Position numbers and translations under genes: made by a program
Shown: positions 27,651 to 38,710 of the stretch, piece after piece
How positions within the stretch are numbered: position 1 is the stretch's first letter
How the letters are laid out: every line of letters begins with the position of its first letter
Assembly (NCBI GenBank): GCA_963674695.2
Contig: CAXXGI010000003.1
Coordinates: 384,001 to 448,000, forward strand
Direction: 5' to 3'
DNA: 64,000 nt
Source: a bacterium
Lineage (GTDB): Bacteria > UBA10199 > 2-02-FULL-44-16 > JAAZCA01
The notes under the pieces: generated by a model
Database searches by the model: none
What the model was told of the DNA's origin: nothing
The model's input: only the letters and a program-made list of their open reading frames with translations

Positions 27651-28658
27651 ATGTCGGATAAGAAAATCGTCCTGAGCGGAAATCGCCCGACCGGAAAGCT
27701 GCACTGGGGAAACTACTTCGGCGCCCTGCGCAATTGGGTCGATATCCAGGACCAGTATGAATGCTATTACTTCGTCGCCGACTGGCATGCGCTGACTACG
27801 GGCTATGACCGCACCCAAGAGATCGCTCCGGCGGTCGTCGATGTCCTCAAGGATTGGTGCGCCGCCGGCCTCGATCCCGATCGCTGCACGATCTTCATCC
27901 AGTCCTGGGTCCCCGAACACGCCGAGCTGCATCTGCTGCTCTCCATGATCACGCCGCTGGGCTGGCTCGAGCGCGTGCCTTCATTCAAGGATATGCAGCA
28001 GCAGCTGACCGACCGCGACCTCAACATGTATGGATTCCTCGGCTATCCGCTCCTGCAGGCGGCCGACATCCTCCTCTACAAGGCCAACTTCGTCCCCGTC
28101 GGCGAGGATCAGGTGGCGCACCTGGAGTTCTGTCGCGAGCTCGCCCGGCGCTTTGCGCACATTACCGAAAAGGCAGCGCTCTTCGTCGAGCCACAGCCGC
28201 TGCTGACGAAATCGGCGCGCGTGCCGGGGCTCGATGGCCGGAAGATGAGCAAGAGCTTCGACAACGCCATCTATATGGCAGACGACGACGACACGATCGC
28301 CAAGAAGATGATGCAGGCCATCACCGATCCGCAGCGCAAGCGTCGCGACGATCCGGGTGATCCCGAGGTGTGCAATATCTTCGCGTATCACAAGCTCTTC
28401 ACCGACGAGGCGCGCGTGGGCGAGATCGACGGGGCCTGTCGTCGTGGCGCAATCGGTTGTGTGGATTGCAAGAAGGAGTGCATTGCAAACGCCCAGCAGT
28501 TTTGGAAGCCGATCCGGGAACGGCGCGATGCGTGGGACGGTCGCGAAGAAGAGCTGCTCGCGATGGCGCGGAAGGGCTCCACGCACGCCCGTGCCAAGGC
28601 CGAGCAGACCATGGGTGAAGTGCGCACGGCATTGGGATTGAAATATACAGAGGGATGA
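27651..28658 (+). CDS. trpS: Tryptophan--tRNA ligase
   Basis: SGNRPTGKLHWGNY, YPLLQAADIL, VPVGEDQ, KMSKS. Confidence 0.96.
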   Translation: MSDKKIVLSGNRPTGKLHWGNYFGALRNWVDIQDQYECYYFVADWHALTTGYDRTQEIAPAVVDVLKDWCAAGLDPDRCTIFIQSWVPEHAELHLLLSMITPLGWLERVPSFKDMQQQLTDRDLNMYGFLGYPLLQAADILLYKANFVPVGEDQVAHLEFCRELARRFAHITEKAALFVEPQPLLTKSARVPGLDGRKMSKSFDNAIYMADDDDTIAKKMMQAITDPQRKRRDDPGDPEVCNIFAYHKLFTDEARVGEIDGACRRGAIGCVDCKKECIANAQQFWKPIRERRDAWDGREEELLAMARKGSTHARAKAEQTMGEVRTALGLKYTEG

Positions 28659-28838
28659 AAGGGAGCAGGTGCCCCAGACTGCTGACAACGTTTTCTCGTG
28701 CTGTCATTCCCGCGGGGGTAAGCGGGAATCTCGATTGTCAGAGTACGTCGAGATCCCCGCGTTCGCGGGGATGACAACAACAGGGTTTGTCAACGATCTG
28801 GTGCCACGGGAGGCACCGCTTACTTCACTCATAATCTT

Positions 28839-29645
28839 ATGGATATGAACACACCCCACATCGACTATCGCGTGAACCTCGAGGTCTTCGAAGGGCCGCT
28901 CGATCTCCTGATGCATCTCATCAAGAAGAACGACCTCGATGTCTATGACATCCCGGTGGCCTTCGTCCTCGAAGAGTACATGCGCTATCTGGACACGCTC
29001 AAGGAACTCGACATCGATCTCGCGGGCGATTTTCTCCTGATGGCCGCGGAGCTGGCGCACATCAAGTCGCGCCTGCTGCTGCCCGATGATATCTCCGAGA
29101 ATGAAGCCGAGGAGGAGGGCGATCCGCGTGCCGAACTCGTGCGACGGCTGCTGGAATATCAGCAGTTCAAGGAGGCGGGCGAGAATCTCACCAACCGCTC
29201 CATGCTCGGTCGCGACGTCTTCGTGCCCAAGACGCGCGAACGAATCGAGACGGACGAACAGGGTCCGATCGAGGGCAGCGTCTATGAACTGGTCGAGGCC
29301 TTCTCCAAGATCCTCAAGAAGACGCCGGCCGAGGGCGTGCACGATGTCGCCGTCGATCGCATCTCGATCAACGATCGCATCTATCAGATCCTCGATCTGG
29401 TGAAGAAGGGGACGACGATCAATATCGGCGATCTGATTGCAGAACTCATCGATCGCTATCACATCGTCATCACCTTCATCGCGTTGCTCGAGATGTGTCG
29501 CCTCAAGATGATCCGCGTCTACCAGTCTGAACCCTGCGGTGCGATTCACATCCAGGGCCTGCTCGAAGAGGTGAGCGAGGACGAGGTGATGCACCTGGTC
29601 GAGGTCGAAGCGACGGGATTTGAAAAACCAGACGAGAGTAAGTAG
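28839..29645 (+). CDS. scpA: Segregation and condensation protein A
   Basis: FEGPLDLL, KSRLLLP, DPRAELVRRLLEY, FIALLE. Confidence 0.95.
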   Translation: MDMNTPHIDYRVNLEVFEGPLDLLMHLIKKNDLDVYDIPVAFVLEEYMRYLDTLKELDIDLAGDFLLMAAELAHIKSRLLLPDDISENEAEEEGDPRAELVRRLLEYQQFKEAGENLTNRSMLGRDVFVPKTRERIETDEQGPIEGSVYELVEAFSKILKKTPAEGVHDVAVDRISINDRIYQILDLVKKGTTINIGDLIAELIDRYHIVITFIALLEMCRLKMIRVYQSEPCGAIHIQGLLEEVSEDEVMHLVEVEATGFEKPDESK

Positions 29646-29923
29646 TGCCTGTCGGGAAAAGGGTTTTTGCTGTCATTCCCGAGGAATCGGGAATCTCGAA
29701 GTACTTGAAAAATCGAGATTCCCGATTCCTCGGGAATGACAAAAACCGGCGAAATCGTCATTTCCCGACAGGTTCTAAGTAGTGTTTATCGAGAAACGTT
29801 ACTTTTTGTCATTCTGAGGGAGGGACGACCGAAGAATCTCCAGATGAAACGCATTATGCAGGGGATCCTTCGCTTCACTCAGGATGACAATGCGAGTTAG
29901 AGGTAAATGACGAAGGAGTCATC

Positions 29924-30901
29924 ATGGAACAGCACGAACTCAAGCCGATCGTCGAGGCGATGATCTTTGTCGCCGAAGAGCCGATCACACGCGCAAACCT
30001 TCAGAAGGCGCTCGAATCCGAGGGCGTTGAGCGCAAGGAGCTCGATGCCTGTATCGAGGCGATCGAGAAGGACTGGAACGAGGACGAAACGCGCGGAATG
30101 TTGCTCGCACAGGTGGCCGGCGGCTATCAGTTTCGCACGAAGGAGGTCTGTGCGCAGTGGCTCAAGCGCCTGATCGTGCCCAAACCGTTGCGCTTGTCCG
30201 GGCCGGCGCTCGAGACGTTGGCGATTGTCGCTTACCGCCAACCGATCGTGCGCAGCGAGGTCGAAAAGATTCGTGGCGTCGATAGCGGCGGTGTGCTCAA
30301 GACCTTGCTCGAGCGTCGCGTGTTGCGCATCGTTGGTCGTGGCGATGAGCCCGGGCAGCCGCTCCTCTACGGGACGACCAAGGAATTCCTCGAGATCTTC
30401 AACCTGAATACGTTGCGCGAACTGCCGACGCTTAAAGATATCGAGGAGCTCGCGCGCGAGCGCCGTGCCATGACCGAGAGCCCCGAGGGCGGGAACGGTT
30501 CGGAGCGCAAAGCGGGCGACGATGAGGAGCTCACCGAACGCCTCGAAGACTTCGACGATGAAGAGGAACAGACCGAAGTCATTCAGCGCAAGCCGCTCGA
30601 CGAGGATGTTGAGGAGGAAGAGAAGGACATGAATGCGTTGGCGAGCCTCGAGAAGAGCATGAAGGATCTGCGTCGTCTCGAAAAGAAGGTGTTTCCGAAG
30701 CCGTTGCCACAGGTGAATGAGGTCGCCGCCGGAGGGGGGAACGATGGCGCAACAGAAACGCTTCCAGAGGGGGGCGAGGGGGTCGTCGAGACCGTCGTCG
30801 AATCGGACGGGGCCGCGGAGGCACCGGTCATCGGCTCCGCCGCCACCGATGGCGATCCCTTCCCAGATGCGTCTGCATCGGATGATCGCCCTGTCGAGTG
30901 A
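29924..30901 (+). CDS. scpB: Segregation and condensation protein B (acidic C-terminal extension)
   Basis: VAGGYQFRT, LETLAIVAYRQP, IRGVDS, YGTTKEFLE.F. Confidence 0.95.
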   Translation: MEQHELKPIVEAMIFVAEEPITRANLQKALESEGVERKELDACIEAIEKDWNEDETRGMLLAQVAGGYQFRTKEVCAQWLKRLIVPKPLRLSGPALETLAIVAYRQPIVRSEVEKIRGVDSGGVLKTLLERRVLRIVGRGDEPGQPLLYGTTKEFLEIFNLNTLRELPTLKDIEELARERRAMTESPEGGNGSERKAGDDEELTERLEDFDDEEEQTEVIQRKPLDEDVEEEEKDMNALASLEKSMKDLRRLEKKVFPKPLPQVNEVAAGGGNDGATETLPEGGEGVVETVVESDGAAEAPVIGSAATDGDPFPDASASDDRPVE

Positions 30902-31619
30902 ACTCTCGCGTCGGGCCGCCGAGGAAGCGATTCTCGCTTGGCGCGTGAGCGTGGGCGGTCAGATCATCACGACGCTGGGCACCTCGATCGATCCGCGTGC
31001 GGATGAGGTGACCCTCGATGGACGTCGGCTTCACCTCAAGGCACAGCGTACCTACCTGGCGTTCAATAAACCCCGCAGCGTGATGTGCACCAAGCGCGAT
31101 CCGGAAGGGCGATGCACCATCTGGGAGCTCGATGCCCTCAAAGAATTGAAGCGTTCGCTCAATACCGTGGGGCGTCTCGACTACGATTCCGAAGGGCTCC
31201 TGCTGCTCAGCGACGACGGTGATTTTATCAATCGCCTCACCCATCCCCGCCACGAGGTCTGGAAGGTTTACAGCGCTCGAGTGAAGGGCCAGCCGACGCA
31301 GGACGACCTGATGAAACTCCGCAAGGGGGTGCGATTGGACGATGGCATGACGCTTCCCGCCAAAGTGCGTCGCCTCGATCCGGGCGGCGCCAACGCGCTT
31401 CTCGAGATCGGTATCCGTGAAGGACGCAATCGCCAAGTGCGCCGCATGTGCGATGCGATTGGATTTCCCGTCATTGCGCTGCGCCGCACGCAGGTTGGCC
31501 CTGTGAAGATCGGGCGATTGAAATCCGGCGTCGCCCGCCGGCTGCGCGCCGACGAGGTGCAAAAACTCTTGGCGGAGGAGGGGAGGGGAAAAAACCGAAG
31601 GGTGAAGGGTGAAGGGTGA
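30849..31619 (+). CDS. rluB: 23S rRNA pseudouridine synthase (RluB/RsuA family)
   Basis: S4 domain SRRAAEE, VGRLDYDSEGLLLL, EGRNRQVRRM; follows scpAB. Confidence 0.85.
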   Translation: MAIPSQMRLHRMIALSSELSRRAAEEAILAWRVSVGGQIITTLGTSIDPRADEVTLDGRRLHLKAQRTYLAFNKPRSVMCTKRDPEGRCTIWELDALKELKRSLNTVGRLDYDSEGLLLLSDDGDFINRLTHPRHEVWKVYSARVKGQPTQDDLMKLRKGVRLDDGMTLPAKVRRLDPGGANALLEIGIREGRNRQVRRMCDAIGFPVIALRRTQVGPVKIGRLKSGVARRLRADEVQKLLAEEGRGKNRRVKGEG

Positions 31620-31703
31620 AGGGCGAAGGATTTTGGCTTTAGCCTGTCATCCCCGACTCAAGCACTCGGGAATGACAAACAAAAAGATCTTATCCCCCAA
31701 GAA

Positions 31704-31964
31704 TTATCGCTGATACGCTTCCCTTCGATGCGCTACCCGGATGATCTCGATCTGCACGAGTTTTCTTCTGATGAAATAGACCACTCGATAATCACCAACC
31801 CGGTAGGACCAGTATTCCTTGAGTTCTCCTTTGAGCCGCTTTCCCAGATGGGGATCCGTGGCGAGTTTGGCGATAGCCTGTGCGATGCGGAGGCGTACGA
31901 TCTTGGTCAACCGGAGGAATTGTTTTTCGGCAATCGGGGCGAAGATGATTCGATACTTATGCAT
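31704..31964 (-). CDS. RelE/ParE-family toxin
   Basis: GKRLKGEL..YWSYRVGDYRVVY, AHRREAY. Confidence 0.88.
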   Translation of the reverse strand: MHKYRIIFAPIAEKQFLRLTKIVRLRIAQAIAKLATDPHLGKRLKGELKEYWSYRVGDYRVVYFIRRKLVQIEIIRVAHRREAYQR

Positions 31965-32223
31965 GGAGCTTCTCCAGGATCTTCTCGAATGGTGTCCCCT
32001 TTCCTGCATCGAGTTCCTTGCGTGCCTTGATGATTTCGTCCATGGCATCTTCGCTGGCGAGGAGTTCCATCGTTTCGATCCAGCCCTCATAATCGTCCAC
32101 GGACATGAGCACGGCCTTCGGTTGGCCGTTGCGCGTGATGACATAGCGTTCAAAGGATTCGTCGGAATCGCGGATGAGTTCGAGAAGCCGTTTTTTCGCA
32201 TCGGTTGCGGTGATAGTCTTCAT
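31957..32223 (-). CDS. Phd/YefM antitoxin
   Basis: TITATDAK..L.ELI, ITRNGQPKAVLMS, ETMELL; overlaps the toxin. Confidence 0.9.
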   Translation of the reverse strand: MKTITATDAKKRLLELIRDSDESFERYVITRNGQPKAVLMSVDDYEGWIETMELLASEDAMDEIIKARKELDAGKGTPFEKILEKLHA

Positions 32224-32301
32224 AGGTCCTCCATTCAAGCCAGTGATGGTCATAATTATAACCATCGCCGTATGGAGTGTCAAGGTACAGCATGCGCCCC
32301 G

Positions 32302-33186
32302 TCAATCGACCCAGACGACTTCCCGTTCCAGATGAATATCGAAGCGGTCCGCTACACGTGCGGACATGAGTTCGGTTAAATCCAAGACATTGCGTGCGGT
32401 GGCGGTACCATCGGTGACGACGATGTTGGCGTGGTGTTTCCAGAGGTGCGCGCCGCCAACGGAAAGTTCCCGACAGCCGCAGGCCTCGATCAGTTTTCCC
32501 GCTGCTATGCGCTTGCCATTGGCATCGTTCGGGTTCTTGAAGAAAGAGCCAGCGGTGGGGATTTCGTTCGGGTTAGGATGCTTTTTTTTCCGGTCGGCCA
32601 TGCGTTCCTGCGTCAGCGCGGCCATGGTCTTCGGTGATTGCGCATCGAGGGCCAATGTGGCTGAGAGGATGGCATCGCCTTTGCGTTTAATCGCGCTGCT
32701 GCGATAGATGAAATCGAGTTCGCTGCCGCCGATCGTATCGATCGATCCATCGCGCCGCAGGATCCGGACGGATTGAACACACTGACTGATGCTCGTGCCA
32801 TAGGCACCGGCATTGCCGGAGATGGCGCCGCCCACCGTTCCCGGGATGCCCGCCAGATCTTCAAGGCCGCCCAGACCCCATTCGACGCAGCGGGTGATGA
32901 GATCCCAGAGCGGCGTTCCCCCGGATACCTCGAGCGAAGTGTTTTCGCGTTTCGGCGCGGTGTTGTCGACAAAGCGGATGATCGCCTTGCTCGTGCCGGT
33001 GTCGGCGGCGAGAATGTTCGAGCCCAGGCCGATAATACGCCAGGAGATGCCCGCATCGATGGCCTCACGCACGGCATCGACGAGCATTCCTTCGTTCTTC
33101 GCGTTGGCGAAGAAACGGGCCGGTCCCCCGATGCGCAGCGTGGTCATCGTCGAGAGCGGAACGGATTGTTGAAAGAGAGTAGTCAT
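32302..33186 (-). CDS. murB: UDP-N-acetylenolpyruvoylglucosamine reductase
   Basis: TLRIGGPA, G.GSNIL, GIPGTVGG..NAGAYG, AGSFFKNP, HAN, LEREV. Confidence 0.94.
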   Translation of the reverse strand: MTTLFQQSVPLSTMTTLRIGGPARFFANAKNEGMLVDAVREAIDAGISWRIIGLGSNILAADTGTSKAIIRFVDNTAPKRENTSLEVSGGTPLWDLITRCVEWGLGGLEDLAGIPGTVGGAISGNAGAYGTSISQCVQSVRILRRDGSIDTIGGSELDFIYRSSAIKRKGDAILSATLALDAQSPKTMAALTQERMADRKKKHPNPNEIPTAGSFFKNPNDANGKRIAAGKLIEACGCRELSVGGAHLWKHHANIVVTDGTATARNVLDLTELMSARVADRFDIHLEREVVWVD

Positions 33187-33310
33187 AGCTTCATTTTATT
33201 TCGTAATCGGAGTGTTGTCATTCCCGCGAACGCGGGAATCTCGATTGTGAGGAAACATCGAGATCCCCGCGTTCGCGGGGATGACAAAACCAAGGTTCCT
33301 CATCAATGTA

Positions 33311-33808
33311 TCACTCATCCGGGATGTAGCTGTCCTCCATCGTCGGCATATCGACATAGACCGAAAATTCCATCTGGGTGCGATCGCTGCGTCGCAGGCG
33401 CCGGCTGATCTCGCGTGCGATATTGAGGATAAGCAGGCCAAAGATCTTCGGATTATCCTCACAGATTGTTTCGAGCGCCCCCTGGGGGAGCTTTGCGAGC
33501 TTCATGTCGGAGGTGGCGCAGACCGAAGCCGAGCGCGTCTGGCAGTCGACCAGGCTCATCTCGCCGAAGCAATCTCCCACGACGAGGTCCGCGAGTTTGA
33601 ATCCGTTTTGCTGCCCTTGGCGCTCCATCCAGACCGCTGCCGTTCCGGCCCAGATGATGAACATCGCGTCGGCCTGATCGCCCTCGCGAACGACGCAGTC
33701 ATCGCGTTTGATCGGAACGGCCTCGAGGAATTGTGAGAGGTAGCCGAGCTGCTCCTCGTCGAAACCGTGAAAGATATTGGCCATGCCCATCAAACGGATG
33801 ATTTCCAT
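33311..33808 (-). CDS. Cyclic nucleotide-binding domain protein
   Basis: VREGD, GDCFGEMSL, RSASV. Confidence 0.85.
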   Translation of the reverse strand: MEIIRLMGMANIFHGFDEEQLGYLSQFLEAVPIKRDDCVVREGDQADAMFIIWAGTAAVWMERQGQQNGFKLADLVVGDCFGEMSLVDCQTRSASVCATSDMKLAKLPQGALETICEDNPKIFGLLILNIAREISRRLRRSDRTQMEFSVYVDMPTMEDSYIPDE

Positions 33809-33962
33809 GCAGTTCTCCTCAAGGTTTCCCCGTGCTTACGCGAAAACACGCGCAAAATCAATGATGGACGGGCGTTTCCCTCTCTCCTGCGAGTCAAGGC
33901 CTGGGGAGGGAGGAGGGTGAATAATTTAATCTTTTCAAGGCGTTTGAAACGATTTATAGAAT

Positions 33963-35564
33963 TTGGAGATGGCCGTTCCCTTCCGAAACCGCTTCTCGAC
34001 GAAGCTGATCCTGCTGATCGGACTCGTCTTCTTCATCCCCGTGGTCACCTCGCTGGCGACGGTGGTCTTTACCTCGAAGGCCAGCGTCGAACGTCTCGAT
34101 GAGGTGCTGGCCCGTGCCCCGAGCGAGCAGAATGGGCTTATCCGCAGCCTCTTTCCAAAGGATACCTTCGAGGGGGTGGAAAATCCCGCGGCCGCCGTGC
34201 GCCTGCTGCGCGACTATGAAAAACGCCGCACTTTCGGGCTCTTCGTCTCGCTCATTATCATCGCTTGCGTGCTGGCCGCCATCATCGTCCTGCTTTCCAT
34301 GCTCCTGCTCAAACGCGGCATGCTCTCGTTGCATCAGCTCTCGCTCGCGGCCGACGAGGTCGGCGAGGGGAACTATGACGTGACGCTCATTCGTCACAGT
34401 CGAGATGAGTTTGCTGAACTCATCGGTGCCTTCACCGCGATGAAGCTCAAACTCAAGGAGACGACGGTTTCGCGTGATTTTTACAATCATGTGCTCGAAT
34501 CGGTGCCGGCGGCGGTCTTCACGCTCGATCAGGATGACATCGTCACGACCTGGAATCGACGCACGGAGGAACTCACGGGGCTTTCCGCTTCCGAGACGGT
34601 TGGGCGCAAGGTCGAGCTGTTCTCCGATGTCATCGGTCCGTCGGTAGCCGCCAGCGATATTCCGCATTTCGGACGCGAGTCGCACGTGCACACGAGGGAT
34701 GGCATCGAGCGCACGGTAACCCGCGGCGTCGATTTTCTCTATGGTCGCAAAGGTGCGATCACTGGGCGCATCGAGACGTTCGTGGATATCAGCGCGCAGA
34801 AGCGGCTCGAGCGCGAGTTGATCGTCGCGCGCGACGAGGCCTTCGAGGCCAGCCGCCTGCGCAGCGAGTTTTTGGCCAACATGAGCCACGAGATTCGCAC
34901 GCCCTTGAATGGCATCATGGGCTTGGCCGACACGCTGCAGGATGATGAACACGATGAGGATCGGCGCGCAAGCCTCGAGGCGATCATCCAGTGTGGCAAG
35001 AACCTCCTGCATATGATCAACGAGATTCTGGAGCTGGCCAAACTCGAGGCGGGAAAGATGATCGTCCAGACGGCGGTCGTTTCTCCCGAATCGATCGTGC
35101 GCGAGGCGATGGCGACCATCGAGGTGGCCGCCAGGCGCAAGGGACTTGAACTCACGGTCGACATTGATCCGGATGTGCCGCCGATGGTGGAGGTCGATCA
35201 TCACAAGCTGTCGCGCATTCTGATAAACCTGTTTGGCAATGCGCTGAAATTTACCGAAGCCGGTTCGATCCATGTGCAGGTCCGTCAAACGCCGGATGAA
35301 CGCGCGGGGAATCTGCTCTTTGCGGTCATCGATACCGGTGTGGGCATTCCGAAGGATCGGCAGTCGCGCATCTTCGAGAGCTTCGTGCAGGCCGATGAAT
35401 ACCTCACGCGGGGCGACGGAACGGGGCTGGGGTTGGCGATCGTCGTGAAGCTCGCCCATCTGATGGGGGGAGAGGTCTGGATGGAAAGCGAGCCGGAAAA
35501 GGGCAGCTCATTCTTCTTTACGATTGCGAGCGCCGAGGTGCCCCAGGATCTTGATCGGCGATAA
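33963..35564 (+). CDS. Sensor histidine kinase (HAMP-PAS-HisKA-HATPase)
   Basis: FLANMSHEIRTPLNG, NALKFT, DTGVGI, GTGLGL. Confidence 0.92.
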   Translation: MEMAVPFRNRFSTKLILLIGLVFFIPVVTSLATVVFTSKASVERLDEVLARAPSEQNGLIRSLFPKDTFEGVENPAAAVRLLRDYEKRRTFGLFVSLIIIACVLAAIIVLLSMLLLKRGMLSLHQLSLAADEVGEGNYDVTLIRHSRDEFAELIGAFTAMKLKLKETTVSRDFYNHVLESVPAAVFTLDQDDIVTTWNRRTEELTGLSASETVGRKVELFSDVIGPSVAASDIPHFGRESHVHTRDGIERTVTRGVDFLYGRKGAITGRIETFVDISAQKRLERELIVARDEAFEASRLRSEFLANMSHEIRTPLNGIMGLADTLQDDEHDEDRRASLEAIIQCGKNLLHMINEILELAKLEAGKMIVQTAVVSPESIVREAMATIEVAARRKGLELTVDIDPDVPPMVEVDHHKLSRILINLFGNALKFTEAGSIHVQVRQTPDERAGNLLFAVIDTGVGIPKDRQSRIFESFVQADEYLTRGDGTGLGLAIVVKLAHLMGGEVWMESEPEKGSSFFFTIASAEVPQDLDRR

Positions 35565-35733
35565 TGTGTCGCTCAAAAAATGTTCGTTTCCCGCCTCCCG
35601 GGGAAATTCGAAACCATTTTTCCGGCCCTCCGAAGGCGGGCAAGTGAGGCTGTAAAAATGGCTTCGCCTTTCCCCTCGCGGCGACAACGTTATTACGAGT
35701 CACGAGTTACGAGTCACGAGTCACGGTTCTTTT

Positions 35734-37212
35734 ATGATTCATCAACCCTTCGCCTTCATCGACTGGATCGTCCTGATCGCCTACCTCGTGGTGGTGATCC
35801 TGATCGGCATCGTTGCCCGTTCGGGAAAAGAGGGGATCTCCGACTATTTTTTCGCGCGTGGGCGCATGCCCTGGTGGACGGTCGGCATCAGTCTCATTGC
35901 GACCTCCGTCTCTGCGTCCACCTTTCTGGGGAATCCCGCCGAGGCGTTTGGGCATGACCTGCGTCTGATGCAGCTCAACATCGGCGTTCCGGTTTCGATC
36001 CTGATCGTCTGTGCGGTCTTCATTCCCTTCTTTCGGCGCTCGGGTGCGGCCTCCGCCTACGAGGTGCTCGAGCAGCGCTTCGACCTCAAGACGCGCATGC
36101 TCGCCTCATCCTTCTATATCGTTCATGTCCTGTTGCGCACCGGCATATTGATCTTCGGTCCGGCGATTATCCTGGCACAGGTGACCGGGCTCGACGTGCG
36201 CATCGTGATCGTCGTTGTGGGGGTCGTGGCGGTCGCCTACACGGCTATCGGCGGCATTCGGGCCGTCATCTGGACGGATGTGCTTCAGTTTTTCATCCTT
36301 TTCGGCGGCGGCGTGCTCATCTGTCTCTTCATCGACCTGGATGTGCCCGGCGGGATGGGGGCCATCTTCGATCAAGCGGGGCACGCGGGGAAGCTCACCT
36401 GGTTCGATCCCTCGTGGGATCTGGCCGATGCGCGCACGTTTTGGGCGGCGGGCGTGGCTTACATCGTTTTGGATCTGGCTATCCGTGCGGCCGACCAGCA
36501 GTTCGTGCAGCGCTATCTCTCCTGTTCCTCGCTGCGCCGCACGCAGTATGCGGCGATTCTCTCGGCGGTGCTGGGGCTCTTCGTGGCCCTGCTTTTCTTC
36601 ATCGTCGGCATCTTTCTCTGGGGCTATTTTCAAGCCTACCCGATGCAGCTGGCTGGCATAGCAGATCCGAATCGAGTCCTGCCGCAGTTCATCGCCACGA
36701 AGATGCCCTGGGGGGTTGCCGGCCTGATCGTAGCGGCGGTTTTGGCGGCAGCGATGAGTTCGGTCGACTCAGCCGTGAGCGCGTTGTCGAATACCGCGAC
36801 GATCGATTTTTATCGGCGTTTTGGCGGGAGCGAGGGCAGTTCCATGCGCTTTGCGCGCGGCATCACCATCCTCTGGGGGATCCTGAGTATCATCATCGGG
36901 CTCGTCGTGGCGTCGATGGGGAAGAACCTCCTGGTGCTCGCGCTCTCCTTCACGTCCCTCTTCACCGGAGCACTCCTGGGGTTGTTTATCCTCGCCGTCG
37001 GCGTGAAGCGCGCGAGCGGTTGGGGCGCGTTTTTGGGGGCGATCTCCGGAATGCTCGTCTTAGCCCTGGTGACAAAGGGTCTTGATCTTCACATCTCTTG
37101 GCCCTGGTATCCGGTCATTTCGATGACGACGACGGTTTCTGTCGGCTGGATTGTCAGCGTGTTGTCTCCGCGGCGTGATCGCGGTATGATTAGCTCAATA
37201 GCTGAATCGTGA
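35734..37212 (+). CDS. Sodium:solute symporter
   Basis: SAYEVLEQRF, GGIRAVIWTD, DQQFVQRY, AAAMSS. Confidence 0.92.
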   Translation: MIHQPFAFIDWIVLIAYLVVVILIGIVARSGKEGISDYFFARGRMPWWTVGISLIATSVSASTFLGNPAEAFGHDLRLMQLNIGVPVSILIVCAVFIPFFRRSGAASAYEVLEQRFDLKTRMLASSFYIVHVLLRTGILIFGPAIILAQVTGLDVRIVIVVVGVVAVAYTAIGGIRAVIWTDVLQFFILFGGGVLICLFIDLDVPGGMGAIFDQAGHAGKLTWFDPSWDLADARTFWAAGVAYIVLDLAIRAADQQFVQRYLSCSSLRRTQYAAILSAVLGLFVALLFFIVGIFLWGYFQAYPMQLAGIADPNRVLPQFIATKMPWGVAGLIVAAVLAAAMSSVDSAVSALSNTATIDFYRRFGGSEGSSMRFARGITILWGILSIIIGLVVASMGKNLLVLALSFTSLFTGALLGLFILAVGVKRASGWGAFLGAISGMLVLALVTKGLDLHISWPWYPVISMTTTVSVGWIVSVLSPRRDRGMISSIAES

Positions 37213-37381
37213 GATAGCTCAATAGTGTCTGTCGGAAAAAGGGTTTTTGCTGTCATTCCCGCGAAGGCGGGAATCTCGAAGTACTTGAAAAATCGAGATT
37301 CCCGCCTTCGCGGGAATGACACAGCCCAGTGAAATCGTCATTTCCCGACAGACTCTCAATAGCTAAAGGAGTGCATCGTCG

Positions 37382-38314
37382 ATGAAACGTTTGGTGACCA
37401 TATTGGTATTCATCATCGGGTTGGGAACTGCCGGATGTGCCAAGGATCTGGTGACGGGAAAGTCGACGCTGAACTACTTTAATGTGAAGAAAGAGGCCGG
37501 ATTCGGACAGAAGGTGCTCCTGGCGCAATCCAATGCCTTGAAGAAAAAGAAGAAGAAGATGGATGCCGAGGCCGATCCGGTGGAATACAAACGGCTGCAA
37601 AAGATCGTTGCCAAGCTCGGGCCGCAGACCCACTTTCCGGACTTTCCCTATGAGGTCCACCTGGCCGATGTCGATGTGGTCAATGCCTGGTGTGCGCCGG
37701 GCGGAAAGATGATGGTCTATACGGGCCTGTGGAATTCCAAAAAGGGGTTGGTCGAGAAGGGGAACGAGGACCAACTCGCCGCCGTGATGGCGCACGAGAT
37801 GGCGCACGCCAACGCGCGGCATGTCACGGAGACCCTCAGTCGCAATATGACGATCATGATCCTGGGCGCAGCGGCGTCGACCGCTATTCACTATGGCGGT
37901 GCACCGCAGGGGGCGAACGTCTTCGGTGAGATATTCAACCAGGGAATGAGTCTGTTTGTTCCCAGCTACTCGCGAAAGAATGAATATGAGGCCGATCGGC
38001 TGGGGCTGATGTACATGGCCAAGGCGGGCTACGACCCGCGCGAGGCCGTCAAGCTCTGGCGAAAGGCGGCCAAGCGCAAGAAGGATCGTACCAGCATCTA
38101 TGCCTCGCATCCTTCAACGGGGTCTCGCGCCAAGACGCTCGAGCGCCTCCTGCCAGAAGCGATGGGGCATTACGAGGCAGCGCTGGAAAAGGATGGTCGA
38201 AAGGTGAAGCCGGATGCTGAATTCCCGCCGGAGAAACTCCAACAGATTTCCGCTGAAAAAGAAGTCCCCCCCGAGCCCACCGATCGCAAGCGTTCCGGAA
38301 AATATCGCCGGTGA
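37382..38314 (+). CDS. M48-family metallopeptidase lipoprotein
   Basis: Lipobox TAGC; VNAWCAPGG, HEMAH, YSR..E.EAD, SHP. Confidence 0.9.
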   Translation: MKRLVTILVFIIGLGTAGCAKDLVTGKSTLNYFNVKKEAGFGQKVLLAQSNALKKKKKKMDAEADPVEYKRLQKIVAKLGPQTHFPDFPYEVHLADVDVVNAWCAPGGKMMVYTGLWNSKKGLVEKGNEDQLAAVMAHEMAHANARHVTETLSRNMTIMILGAAASTAIHYGGAPQGANVFGEIFNQGMSLFVPSYSRKNEYEADRLGLMYMAKAGYDPREAVKLWRKAAKRKKDRTSIYASHPSTGSRAKTLERLLPEAMGHYEAALEKDGRKVKPDAEFPPEKLQQISAEKEVPPEPTDRKRSGKYRR

Positions 38315-38425
38315 TCACGAACGGTTTTGTCATTCTGGGTGAAGCCCCGTTGTACGGGGCTCAGCGAAGAATCTCCCGCTTACCCCGTACGGGAATAGAA
38401 TCACAGAAACGGTAAGGGCGGCCTA

Positions 38426-38593
38426 TTACACATTATATGTCAAACGGAGACGGGTCAGCATCAGGCGCAGGGCTGCGATCGATTTCGGGTTGCGGGTCTT
38501 GAGGCAGTGTAGGATGAGCTGCGCAACCCACGGACAGCGGTTACAGAGTGCGACGACTCTCTTTTCTAGATCCTTGGCGGTCACAGGCTTCAT
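38426..38593 (-). CDS. Possible small basic protein (55 aa)
   Basis: GGGGGA RBS; MKPVTAKDLEKRVVALCNRCPW...; below the ORF-track cut-off; divergent from the RHH gene. Confidence 0.35.
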   Translation of the reverse strand: MKPVTAKDLEKRVVALCNRCPWVAQLILHCLKTRNPKSIAALRLMLTRLRLTYNV

Positions 38594-38710
38594 GAGATCC
38601 CCCCATCGAGTCGGTTTGAATAATAGGTATTCTAATATATAAGATAATGTAAGTCAAATATTGCATTGCATTTGGATCAATGCTAGCATCTCCTGTTGGA
38701 GGGTGGGTTG

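Noticed and set aside
30460-30901. Acidic ScpB tail as a novel fusion
   Set aside because: Low-complexity acidic extensions are common on ScpB; no domain signal
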